This document shows positions 9,015 through 18,081 of a stretch of 64,000 nucleotides of DNA, piece after piece. The translations under genes and the position numbers were made by a program. The first letter of the stretch is position 1. Every line of letters begins with the position of its first letter. The DNA comes from an uncultured Nitrospiraceae bacterium (lineage in GTDB: Bacteria > Nitrospirota > Nitrospiria > Nitrospirales > Nitrospiraceae), in assembly GCA_963846575.1 (NCBI GenBank), contig CAWJWJ010000002.1, forward strand, positions 2,144,001 to 2,208,000, read 5' to 3'. The notes beneath the pieces were generated by a model, which saw nothing but the letters and a program-made list of their open reading frames with translations, was not told the origin of the DNA and did not search any database.

Positions 9015-10310
9015 TCACAATCTCCAGTACTTGACCGAGCCCGGTAATGCATCCGGGTTCAACACACTCCTGACATCCACGACGACGTTATTGCGCTGCT
9101 TGCGCAAAGGTCTGAGCAAATCAGGCAATGCCATTTGCACGTACTCCCGATGCGCGACGGCCAATACGATTCCATCTAGCTGCTTCAACTGATCCCACGA
9201 GGACAGTCGCAGCCCATACTCCCCGACCGCTTCTTCCGGTTCAGCAAGGGGATCATGGACCACCACTTGAATGCCATACTCTCTGAGCTCGTTTACAATA
9301 TCCGGGACCCGACTATTTCGCAAATCAGGCACGTTCTCTTTGAAAGTCAGGCCCAGTACCCCGACCCTTATATCGCTGACCGGTCGTTCGACCTGACTCA
9401 ACAGTTTCATTGTTTGTTCCGCCACATACTTCCCCATACTATTGTTGATTCGCCGCCCGGCCAGAATGACCTGGGGATGATATCCGACGGACTCAGCCTT
9501 GGCGGTCAGGTAATAGGGATCGACGCCAATGCAATGCCCCCCCACCAACCCTGGGTTGAACTTCAGAAAATTCCATTTCGTCCCCGCCGCTTCAAGCACC
9601 GACCTCGTGTCAATTCCAAGCCGATGGAAGATCAGGGACAGCTCGTTCATGAGCGCGATGTTGAGATCACGTTGAGTGTTTTCAATCACCTTCGCCGCCT
9701 CGGCGACCTTGATGCTGGACGCGCGATGGATACCTGCTTTCACGACGATCGCATAGGTCTGTGCGACGATTTCCAAGGATTCTTCATCCTGGGCCGAGAC
9801 CACCTTAATGATTTTTTCCAAGGTGTGTTCTTTGTCCCCGGGATTGATCCGTTCGGGGGAATAGCCGATTTTGAAATCGATACCGCTCTTAAGACCGGAC
9901 GCCTTCTCTAGGATCGGCAGACAGTCCTCTTCGGTGGCACCGGGATAGACCGTCGACTCGTATACGACGATAGCGCCATGAGACAGGTTGGACCCGATGA
10001 GCTCCGAGGCCTTCTTGAGTGCGGTCAGATCGGGTTGCAGCGCCTCGTTAATAGGGGTCGGCACGGCCACGATAATGAAGTCAGCCGTTTTGAGATCGGT
10101 CGGTTCCGAGGTATAGCGCACCCGACTGGCTTTCAAATCCTTCGTTGAGACTTCCCCGGTCCGATCCACCCCTTTGCGCAATTCATCCACTTTGGTCTTG
10201 TTGATGTCGAATCCGATGACTGGGGCATACTTCCCGAACGCGATCGCGATCGGTAACCCGACGTATCCCAACCCCACCACTGCAATCTGCCGCTGCGTCT
10301 TCTTCGCCAT
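9015..10310 (-). CDS. UDP-N-acetylhexosamine C-6 dehydrogenase (TviB/WbpO-like)
   Basis: GLGYVGLP, YSPERINPGD, AKVIENTQRDLNIA, GGHCIGVDPYYL, GLTFKENVPDLRNS. ATG 10310 has a GAGGGGAG RBS. Confidence 0.92.
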   Translation of the reverse strand: MAKKTQRQIAVVGLGYVGLPIAIAFGKYAPVIGFDINKTKVDELRKGVDRTGEVSTKDLKASRVRYTSEPTDLKTADFIIVAVPTPINEALQPDLTALKKASELIGSNLSHGAIVVYESTVYPGATEEDCLPILEKASGLKSGIDFKIGYSPERINPGDKEHTLEKIIKVVSAQDEESLEIVAQTYAIVVKAGIHRASSIKVAEAAKVIENTQRDLNIALMNELSLIFHRLGIDTRSVLEAAGTKWNFLKFNPGLVGGHCIGVDPYYLTAKAESVGYHPQVILAGRRINNSMGKYVAEQTMKLLSQVERPVSDIRVGVLGLTFKENVPDLRNSRVPDIVNELREYGIQVVVHDPLAEPEEAVGEYGLRLSSWDQLKQLDGIVLAVAHREYVQMALPDLLRPLRKQRNNVVVDVRSVLNPDALPGSVKYWRL

Positions 10311-10663
10311 GTCGCTCCCCTCGTCAGTAAACGTCCTCGGCACCTCGGTCTAGTAAAAAAGAATGGCAGAATAAGTCTAATCCGTCAACGAAATCCCATG
10401 AGGACGTTGAAGAAATCGTGAAGCCGGCACCGTCCAGGAACAGCCCCTGCCCTTCCAACTTGCGCCACCATCGTTCCGGGTATTTTCCAAAGACGCCGCG
10501 CTGGCAGACTACAAGCTCTCCAAGCCTTGCCAGGTAAGCGCTCGCGCTGCTCGTGGGAATCACGCTCCACGAAAACAGGAGAGCTGCTGCTGGGATACTC
10601 AAACCATAGTTCTTCGTAAGCGACCGGGGACGGGCAGATTCTGTAAAAAAGGATGAGACGAAT

Positions 10664-10728
10664 TTGCAAACATTAAAGGGTTTGCAAGCCGACAAACGCT
10701 GCTGATAAGGTACGCCTAAAAATTAGGC
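10664..10728. promoter_or_regulatory. Two dyad-symmetric sites in the divergent promoter region (candidate regulator binding sites)
   Basis: TTGCAAAC-N8-GTTTGCAA (10664-10687) and GCCTAA-N3-TTAGGC (10714-10728). Confidence 0.35.
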
Positions 10729-10868
10729 AACCGATCGCGAATTTCTCCAGCGTCCCAAGCCAGTCGCATCCCGCTTCTCGCGCCTCGAATCGCATCGCAT
10801 CCTTAGTCGCTGGAACCCGGATCGTAAAACCCATTACCATCATTCAATCCCGCGAGGAGAGTAAGACC

Positions 10869-11786
10869 ATGAAGGGCACTGTAATTCTCCACACCTTCAA
10901 TAAACTCTGTGCATTGGGAGTCATGTTTTCAGCATGTGTGGGAATAGCGAGTACTCCGCAAAGTTATGGGGCCGGAGCCTGGACGAATGAACCATCGGGA
11001 TTTTCCGTGGTAGTAGACTGTCCCTTTTCCAACTCCCTCTGTCCCGGTCTGTGGGATGCCTACAACTCAGCCTCATTCGCAAATGTCCCAGGTGGACCAG
11101 TATCGCCGAACACCGTCCTTGACGACTATATTGGGGCGGGATCCTCTACAGGCAACGGCATGTGGGGTGCGAATCTTTCTGATGCGAAGGAATTGTACAT
11201 AGGAACCTGGTGGAGCACTAATAGCGACTTCCAGGGCATGTGTAATAACGCCAACAAGATGTTGTTCGCGCGCAGCCCCTCGATCGACAACAACTTCCTC
11301 GTTTGGCAAGGCCCACCAGGGTCTCCCAAAACACTAAAGTGGTACATGCAGGCCACATATGATAACTGCGGACATCCTGGCGAGTTTGGAATGTGCTACT
11401 CCAAGGGTGATGGAACCGGCTGGTTTGAGCCGAATGTTGGCAATGGAACGGTCTCGCACGGTTCGGGCTGGCACAGGATCGAAATTTATCTTAAGACTAG
11501 CACCACAAAAACATCACGAGACGGGAGCGTAAAATGGTGGATTGACGGGCAACCTGTCGGCAACTATCCAACGATCAATCTTTCTCCTGGTGGCCTGCAG
11601 GAGTTCCAAATCAACCACACCTGGGATGGAAGTAATTGTCTGGTGGCGCCGAATCGTGACATGAGTAAATCTTGGCACCATTATTGGGACCACCTCCACA
11701 TATCAACAGGACGAGGAGGAGGTTCGACCGACCAGCCTGCGGGGCCACCCGCCTCCCCGACCCTGCGGAGTGTAACTACTCCGTAA
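10869..11786 (+). CDS. Secreted Trp/Gly/Cys-rich protein, putative jelly-roll (ConA-like/polysaccharide lyase-like) fold; paralogue 1
   Basis: GAGGAG RBS; N-terminal signal-like segment; GWHRIEIYLK...RDGSVKWWIDG and terminal YWDHLHIS strands; close paralogue at 15697. Confidence 0.85.
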   Translation: MKGTVILHTFNKLCALGVMFSACVGIASTPQSYGAGAWTNEPSGFSVVVDCPFSNSLCPGLWDAYNSASFANVPGGPVSPNTVLDDYIGAGSSTGNGMWGANLSDAKELYIGTWWSTNSDFQGMCNNANKMLFARSPSIDNNFLVWQGPPGSPKTLKWYMQATYDNCGHPGEFGMCYSKGDGTGWFEPNVGNGTVSHGSGWHRIEIYLKTSTTKTSRDGSVKWWIDGQPVGNYPTINLSPGGLQEFQINHTWDGSNCLVAPNRDMSKSWHHYWDHLHISTGRGGGSTDQPAGPPASPTLRSVTTP

Positions 11787-11936
11787 ATGTGCATCAGACC
11801 TTGGAAAGTTCATACACACGGACCAAGGTGGTCTGCCAGGATGTTTTCCGCTGGGGGGAGTAACCTGAGGCGCTATCAGCCCGATTAGTTGGCATCTCTA
11901 GGTTTTCCACTATGAACCCTGTCCGGTCAGGACGGG

Positions 11937-13529
11937 TCATGGGTCCGCCAATTCAAAAGATGACGGTCGAAGCCTCCGCGGCATTCTGCCGATTCGGAAT
12001 AGCGCTGCGTCACCCGACTGGACAATCAATTCTCCTTCCGAAGCGAGAAATCGTCTAAATTCGTCCGGCAACTTATATCCCCACAGGTAGTCGTAGTGCG
12101 TAAAAATCCTGTCCCATGCGACGCGATTGAATGGAGTATTCCTCTCGATTTGTGCATAGTCAGATTCGGCTGATCGCAGGCTTAACGGATGCGCTTCCCT
12201 CCAGGCATAAATGGTCGGCACGAACGCATGTCGATAAATAGTCGCGTAATGAGCAGAAAAGAAAAAATGCATATCCCATAGCCAGTCCTGGACAGAAGAC
12301 TGATCATGGACAACCATAGGATACAGTCGAGCTCCATCGGGCAAACGGTCCAACATATGAACCTGATCTTGCACCCCCTGTCCGATACGATTCCAGTAAT
12401 GCCAGACTTCGACAACTCTCACGACCGAAAGGGTCATTAAACCAACCAACACATAACACCCCACGACTTTCGAGACATGGATGCGAATACCTAACAGGAG
12501 GAAAACAGCTACGGGCAAAAGAAACCGCCGATCGACATAACTGGACTGCGCCCCACTCATTGGAGCACAGGCGTACAGAACCACAAATACCCCTGCCATG
12601 AGAACTAAATCCCGGCTGACTACACGCGCCCCCCTTTCTCTGAGCGAGAAAAGCAATAACGATACGAATACGACACCGAGAAGGAGATCTAGGATCAGGT
12701 TGTAACTCAAAAAAGGATAGACCAGTCCTGTGATTTTTTTTACGAGGAGGGGATGCCACCATATCATAGGTGTCTTCTGCTCGATTCCCAGGCTGTACCA
12801 GAGATAGGCCAACGTGGGAAGTACGACGGGCACAAAATCGATAACATCTCCGAGTCGAACCGTCCTGGTCTTGATCATCCGTAGTCCGGTCAAGCATACG
12901 ATACATATCGCCAAAAATATGAACGCTGAGAGGTGGGACACGTAGCCCACCATGGCAAACGTCGCAACCAGTAAAATGCGATTCCAGGTCCAGTTTGAAC
13001 GGAAGCGCAGCCACATCGCGAGAGTGATGAAGAAGAGGCCTAGTCCGAACATGTAGTTCACGAACCCGAAGGACCAGGCGAAATTGTACGTGAAGAAGGT
13101 GGCAGCCAACACGTTCCAATGAGGACGACCGTTGATGGCGAAGCCCAGTTGATGTAGCCCCAGGTTGAACACCACTACTACCAATGAGAGGAAGATCTTG
13201 CTGGATGCCTCTATGCTCACAAAATTCATGAGTGCGGGCACAATCAAATCCATCGACAAATTGGGTATGAGGCGCCCATCGCGATGGTATGTAGCTTGAT
13301 ATTCTCGACTATCATTGTATTCGTGAAGAATGTGCGCCCGAGCCAGGTGGTTGGGATAGTCATGCATTGCCGGATATGCAGCCAACCAGATTGGACAGAG
13401 CTGAAGCACTAGCAACATAACAAAAAGCAGGTAATAGCCCGTCTGTTGGCCACAACCTCCCGTTATTGAGTTGTTTCTCCATTTGGCAACCAGAGAATTG
13501 ACTTGCACTCGCATACCAGTAGCTTCCAC
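11937..13529 (-). CDS. Polytopic membrane protein, GT-C-like glycosyltransferase/glycan-modifying protein
   Basis: 530 aa, about 10 hydrophobic segments, N-terminal loop motif PAMHDYPNHLAR, soluble C-terminal domain. Start uncertain. Confidence 0.65.
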   Translation of the reverse strand: MEATGMRVQVNSLVAKWRNNSITGGCGQQTGYYLLFVMLLVLQLCPIWLAAYPAMHDYPNHLARAHILHEYNDSREYQATYHRDGRLIPNLSMDLIVPALMNFVSIEASSKIFLSLVVVVFNLGLHQLGFAINGRPHWNVLAATFFTYNFAWSFGFVNYMFGLGLFFITLAMWLRFRSNWTWNRILLVATFAMVGYVSHLSAFIFLAICIVCLTGLRMIKTRTVRLGDVIDFVPVVLPTLAYLWYSLGIEQKTPMIWWHPLLVKKITGLVYPFLSYNLILDLLLGVVFVSLLLFSLRERGARVVSRDLVLMAGVFVVLYACAPMSGAQSSYVDRRFLLPVAVFLLLGIRIHVSKVVGCYVLVGLMTLSVVRVVEVWHYWNRIGQGVQDQVHMLDRLPDGARLYPMVVHDQSSVQDWLWDMHFFFSAHYATIYRHAFVPTIYAWREAHPLSLRSAESDYAQIERNTPFNRVAWDRIFTHYDYLWGYKLPDEFRRFLASEGELIVQSGDAALFRIGRMPRRLRPSSFELADP

Positions 13530-13892
13530 AGTTTTAAAATTGTTCAGGAGTCACACTAAGAGTTCGCCCACTACCACTCTGTTCAGGGAGGTAGCGACTA
13601 TCCGTTGCCATAGACATATCGGGGGATTCTGAAAGTTTCTCGCTCTACTTGCGCAACGCGCCATCTTAGTTCCCATCGATGTCAACCACGATCTACCGAT
13701 AGGAAGCGTATGCGCCTAGGACGTTCTGGGGAGAACCGAGGAGCTGCCCGAATGGCGAGGCCATCAGAGCCAGTGAGCACTTAGAAATTTCCTCGCAGGT
13801 CCTCATTAAACCATGGATTAACTCATTCGCCCTTGCTTGCAACGAAGTTCCCGACACGAGAACCATTCATCACTCAATCCGGCTTGACAGAT

Positions 13893-15140
13893 TCAGCGGC
13901 TCTCTGACCGCGAAAGGTTAAGCCGACGCTGTAAGCTTGACCATCGACTTTCCTTGACGGACAGCAGGCCAAATGCAGCAAAGGCGATCACATACGGCAT
14001 GATCGGAAGCATGTAGCGAAAAAGAGGCAGGGTGAGCCAATGTATTATCACGAAATATACCACCAAGCCTAGCAGCATTAATGGCAGGCCATTTCCTCTT
14101 TTCCAGGCAGCGAAAACTCCTATAATAGAAAGGACGTATATGCCTGCATTGACGGCCAATGTGACACTATGATTCCTCCCCGATTCCGTCGAATACCAAA
14201 GCCGGAAAAACTTTTGTAGCATAAACCCCGCCAATCCAATCGGGTCCGACTGCAAACGCTCTCGGTAGTTCTCGATCGCTACTTTTGCCAAGAAGCCATC
14301 GCGCTCTGCTGGTCCGCGCTCCTCCCCGGGAGGAATAATTCCTTTCGCCTTGGCCTTAGCAAAAAGCCTGGTCAACTCTGCTTGTCTTGTATCGATAGTC
14401 AAAAGGGGTTCGTAAGTTCCATATAAGATTACGGTGCTATTAGCCCCAACCGGAATAATTTCATTCAGAACTACATAATTGCGTAGCCCCCAGGGCAAGA
14501 TTACGATAATGAAACAAGCCAAAGACACCACATAATTTCGCAACCACTGAACACCTCCTCTACTGAAAGCGAAAAGGACGAATGGGAGGGCCAGAGGTAT
14601 AAATTGGGTTGTCCCTCGTACAAGCGTAGCCAAGCCGAGCACAATACCCGCCGCACAGTAGAAGAACCATTTTTCAGTTTGAATTCCATATGTTATCAGC
14701 ACAACGAACATTGCGATAAAAAAAGCAAAAAATACTTCGGTCCCAATGTATAGAGTCGAGTAAATCGCAAACGGATACAAAGCCCACGTAAGTCCAGATA
14801 GAAGGCCAGTACGGTGACCAAACGATTTTTGAGAAAGTAGATAGATAAGGGCAGCCGTGAAGGAATCTACGATAATTTGGAGCACCTTAATTGCGAGAAC
14901 TCCATTACCAAATAAAATAGTTGAGATGGCAATTAAAACCGAATACAGAGGAGGTGTGTAAACAGGAAACAGCGGGTCTGAGAAACCCTGCCCTTCAATC
15001 AGAATCTCTGCTCCCTTAAGATAGGCAAAGATGGCATTGTATGCCAGATGTGGTTCTGGCAGAATCCAGAATGCTACGACTCGGGCAAAAAGCGCCGTCG
15101 CAAAAATCATAGACATGCATCTTGCAGTGGACATAAACAT
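13893..15140 (-). CDS. ArnT/PMT-like (GT-C) membrane glycosyltransferase
   Basis: YTPPLYS, LYPFAIY, GTEVFF, GLATLVR, PWGLRNY and RYMLP motifs typical of PMT_2-family proteins. Confidence 0.8.
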   Translation of the reverse strand: MFMSTARCMSMIFATALFARVVAFWILPEPHLAYNAIFAYLKGAEILIEGQGFSDPLFPVYTPPLYSVLIAISTILFGNGVLAIKVLQIIVDSFTAALIYLLSQKSFGHRTGLLSGLTWALYPFAIYSTLYIGTEVFFAFFIAMFVVLITYGIQTEKWFFYCAAGIVLGLATLVRGTTQFIPLALPFVLFAFSRGGVQWLRNYVVSLACFIIVILPWGLRNYVVLNEIIPVGANSTVILYGTYEPLLTIDTRQAELTRLFAKAKAKGIIPPGEERGPAERDGFLAKVAIENYRERLQSDPIGLAGFMLQKFFRLWYSTESGRNHSVTLAVNAGIYVLSIIGVFAAWKRGNGLPLMLLGLVVYFVIIHWLTLPLFRYMLPIMPYVIAFAAFGLLSVKESRWSSLQRRLNLSRSESR

Positions 15141-15622
15141 AACAACAGCACCCTCGGTTGATGATTAAACTCGCTTTGATCGAATTACAATCGCTGGCGT
15201 AACGTCAGACGACACCTCATTGTCTGAACACACCTTAAGTGATTCTGGTTGTTCCAGAAAGTGAGCGACCGCATGAAGGGATTCCAAGCGTCCTGCCATT
15301 TTCATCTCACAATGTCTGTTAGTCTGTTCTATGTATCGCCCAGGGGAGACTGTCAGAAATCCAGAGATCGGTCAAATAATTGATGGCCCCCGGTAGTCAC
15401 ACCCCTTACCTCTATCGATCAGCCAGGCGACAGGACAGCATATTGTTCAGTAACGCATGTGCGATCGCGAACCTACCTGGTGGTGTAAGCCTACACATGC
15501 CACGAGAACTTAAACCCCTAGGGCTTCTGATATTACGCGGCAGCTGACGATTACTCCTTGAGAAGATGCATATCCTATGGGATCTTTGGTTTTTCAGCTC
15601 TGTCAATCGCCAATGCTCTCGC

Positions 15623-15637
15623 TGGCACAACTGTTGC
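15623..15637 (+). promoter_or_regulatory. Sigma-54 (-24/-12) promoter of paralogue 2
   Basis: TGGCAC-AACTG-TTGC is an exact match to TGGCAC-N5-TTGC, 60 nt upstream of ATG 15697. Confidence 0.75.
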
Positions 15638-15696
15638 GTCTCACAGCCACAAGTCATACACTTGGTCGGAAAATCTATGATGCTTGGAGGCGACCG

Positions 15697-16596
15697 ATGA
15701 AGGTCAACCGTTGGATAGCTGTGGCCCTGCTGATCACCATCCCCAATCTCATGCCCAGCCGGACCGGAGGCATTGCAGAGGCAGCTGGAGGCTGGCCAAA
15801 CGAACCAACAGGATCAACGGTCATCGTGGACTGTCCTTTTTCCGGTAACCTCTGCCAGGGCATGTGGGACGCATATAACTCTGCTTCATTTTCAGTAGAT
15901 GCAACAGGTCCACTTTCACCAGGAAAGGTTTTGGACACCTTTATGGCCGTGAATTCGGTCACGGGAAACGGACAATGGGGTGTGGCATTACCTGATGCGA
16001 AGGAACTGTATATCGGTACTTGGTGGAGCACAAATTCAGATTTTCAGGGTTATTCAAACAACCAGAACAAAATGTTGTTCGCCAGGCGACCTGAGATCGA
16101 CAATAATTTTCTCGTCTGGCAAGGTTTTCCCGGACAGCCTAAGACCTTAAAGTGGTACGGCCAGATGACTTACGACAATTGCGGTTTGGCCGGCACATTC
16201 GGCATGTGTTATTCCCGGGGTGATGGGACTGGCTGGTTCGAACCGAACACTGGAGCCAATGCCACAGTGGCGGCGGGTTCCGGGTGGCACAAAATCGAAA
16301 TCTACCTTAAAACCAGCACGACGAAAACTTCGCGCGATGGCATCGTCCGATGGTGGCTGGACGGAGCAATGGTTGGTAATTATTCAGGTGTAAATCTCTC
16401 ACCAGGCGGCCTGCAGGATTTCCAAATCAACCATGCCTGGGACGGTTCAGGCAGCTGCGCGACACGTGATTGCACCAAGTCGTGGCACCACTACTGGGAC
16501 CACTTATACATCGCCGTGGGTCGAGGAACACCTTCCGCTGACCAACCGCCAGGCCCGCCCGCTGCCCCTAGAATAGCGGGCATAACAGTTCCTTAG
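15697..16596 (+). CDS. Secreted Trp/Gly/Cys-rich protein, putative jelly-roll/polysaccharide lyase-like; paralogue 2
   Basis: GGAGG RBS at 15686-15690, ATG 15697, signal peptide MKVNRWIAVALL...AEA. Long blocks identical to 10869-11786. Confidence 0.85.
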   Translation: MKVNRWIAVALLITIPNLMPSRTGGIAEAAGGWPNEPTGSTVIVDCPFSGNLCQGMWDAYNSASFSVDATGPLSPGKVLDTFMAVNSVTGNGQWGVALPDAKELYIGTWWSTNSDFQGYSNNQNKMLFARRPEIDNNFLVWQGFPGQPKTLKWYGQMTYDNCGLAGTFGMCYSRGDGTGWFEPNTGANATVAAGSGWHKIEIYLKTSTTKTSRDGIVRWWLDGAMVGNYSGVNLSPGGLQDFQINHAWDGSGSCATRDCTKSWHHYWDHLYIAVGRGTPSADQPPGPPAAPRIAGITVP

Positions 16597-16700
16597 TATT
16601 GAACCTCAGCGCCGGATTTTCTGAGACAGTCGATTTCAAGCAGAGCAGAAGTTTAGACAGATGCTAGGGTGACCGGTGTACCCTAATTTACGAGCGACCG

Positions 16701-16723
16701 CCCTCACCTAGCTCAGGTGAGGG
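16701..16723. terminator. Hairpin between convergent genes (bidirectional terminator or REP-like)
   Basis: CCCTCACCT-AGCTC-AGGTGAGGG, a perfect 9-bp stem, preceded by a second dyad TAGGGT-N9-ACCCTA at about 16664-16685. Confidence 0.5.
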
Positions 16724-16765
16724 GCGCCGATACGACCTCGGACATGGTTCCCAAAATGCAACCTG

Positions 16766-18022
16766 TTAATTGGACCCGCTCGCGGCCTTTTCAGTTAATC
16801 CTCTTCGCCGGGTAGCGGCCGTGGCATAGGCTTGAGCCAGGCTATGCCCTATTATCTCCCACGAATAAGTGTTACCAACAATTGCCCGGCCTGCGTTACT
16901 CAGGTTGTGTCGCAAGGCCCCGTTCGTCAACAATCGCACGATCCCCGCGATAAACTCTGCGGGAGTGTTGGCCAAAATCAAATGCTCTTCGTGACTCAAA
17001 GATAGCCCAGAGGCCGCAAAGGTGGTACTCACCACTGGCATACCCATGGCTAAAGCATCCAGGATTTTCAAGCGAGTCCCACCCCCATCAGTGATCGGAC
17101 ATATGAACACCGTCGCCTTCTGAAAATAGGGACGGACGTCGTCCACAAAGCCAGGAACATGGATCCGTGGATCGCGCCGGCTCAAATCCAACAGCCAGCC
17201 AGGAGGATTTTTTCCAACCACATCAATTTCGAGATCTCTTACTTTCTCGCACAACCCAGGCCAGATCGAATCGAAGAAATAGGTAATGGCGCCCTTGTTC
17301 GCGAGTTGGTCCAGCCGGCCGCAAAATAACAACCTCTTCCCGCCAGGATCGGAGCGCGGCGTAAAATACGTGATATCAACACCGTTGGGAACTACACAGA
17401 TTGTGCTCTCTCCGCACAATGGTTTTAGCAATTGTCCTTCATCATTCGATACCACCATGTTGACATCAAACGCTGGACACCATTGTCGTTCCGCAGCAAG
17501 CAAGTGTGCAGCCTCTTTTGCCCAGAATATACGCCACATCAGTCTGCGTTCATTGGCGGCTCTCCTTTGAACAAGCGCGGATTCGATGTCATGATGATTC
17601 AGCACCGTGCCGGCATTAGGCACTAAGCGGACATACGGAGACAGCCCCAGTGTATCTACGTGGACCACATCAAATGGGAAACGACTCGCCAGACGCCGAA
17701 GCCGTCTGACCATCTCCTTGGATCGTAGCCACCGGAACTCATATGGCTCGCCCGTCATCAATCCGCCAAACGCACGCCAATGTCGTTCTATACCGAGCAC
17801 ATCCTTAGAGAGCGGCACCCACTCCACGCTGGCACAGAATTTCAACAAGGCGTTCACACAGTCCTGGGGGCTGACATCGTTGGGCCTAGATGCCGGTTGA
17901 TCAAAAAGAAGCGCGTGCACTTCGTGGCACTTTGCCGCTTCCTTCAGCAAATTATAATTTCTCTGGAGAGGCCCACCCTTGGGTGGATAAGCAAGATTAT
18001 GCCCTAGCCAAAGGATCCTCAT
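16766..18022 (-). CDS. Glycosyltransferase family 4 (PEP-CTERM/EPS-associated type)
   Basis: YPPKGG, HHDIES, VPNGVD, GGTRLKILDALAMG. Confidence 0.9.
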   Translation of the reverse strand: MRILWLGHNLAYPPKGGPLQRNYNLLKEAAKCHEVHALLFDQPASRPNDVSPQDCVNALLKFCASVEWVPLSKDVLGIERHWRAFGGLMTGEPYEFRWLRSKEMVRRLRRLASRFPFDVVHVDTLGLSPYVRLVPNAGTVLNHHDIESALVQRRAANERRLMWRIFWAKEAAHLLAAERQWCPAFDVNMVVSNDEGQLLKPLCGESTICVVPNGVDITYFTPRSDPGGKRLLFCGRLDQLANKGAITYFFDSIWPGLCEKVRDLEIDVVGKNPPGWLLDLSRRDPRIHVPGFVDDVRPYFQKATVFICPITDGGGTRLKILDALAMGMPVVSTTFAASGLSLSHEEHLILANTPAEFIAGIVRLLTNGALRHNLSNAGRAIVGNTYSWEIIGHSLAQAYATAATRRRGLTEKAASGSN

Positions 18023-18081
18023 TATTCAATACCCCTTGCCAAGCTGAATCCAACTGGCGGCATGTGTTGGGGAGTTGCCAA

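Noticed and set aside
10324..10695. Short ORFs in the divergent intergenic region
   Set aside because: No family motifs, and they overlap probable regulatory DNA.
11730..11786. PEP-CTERM sorting signal on the secreted paralogues
   Set aside because: No PEP motif, TM helix or basic cluster; recorded instead as a distinct Pro-rich tail.
15577..15696. N-terminal extension of paralogue 2 in the ORF track
   Set aside because: It contains the sigma-54 box and the GGAGG RBS; ATG 15697 gives a proper signal peptide.
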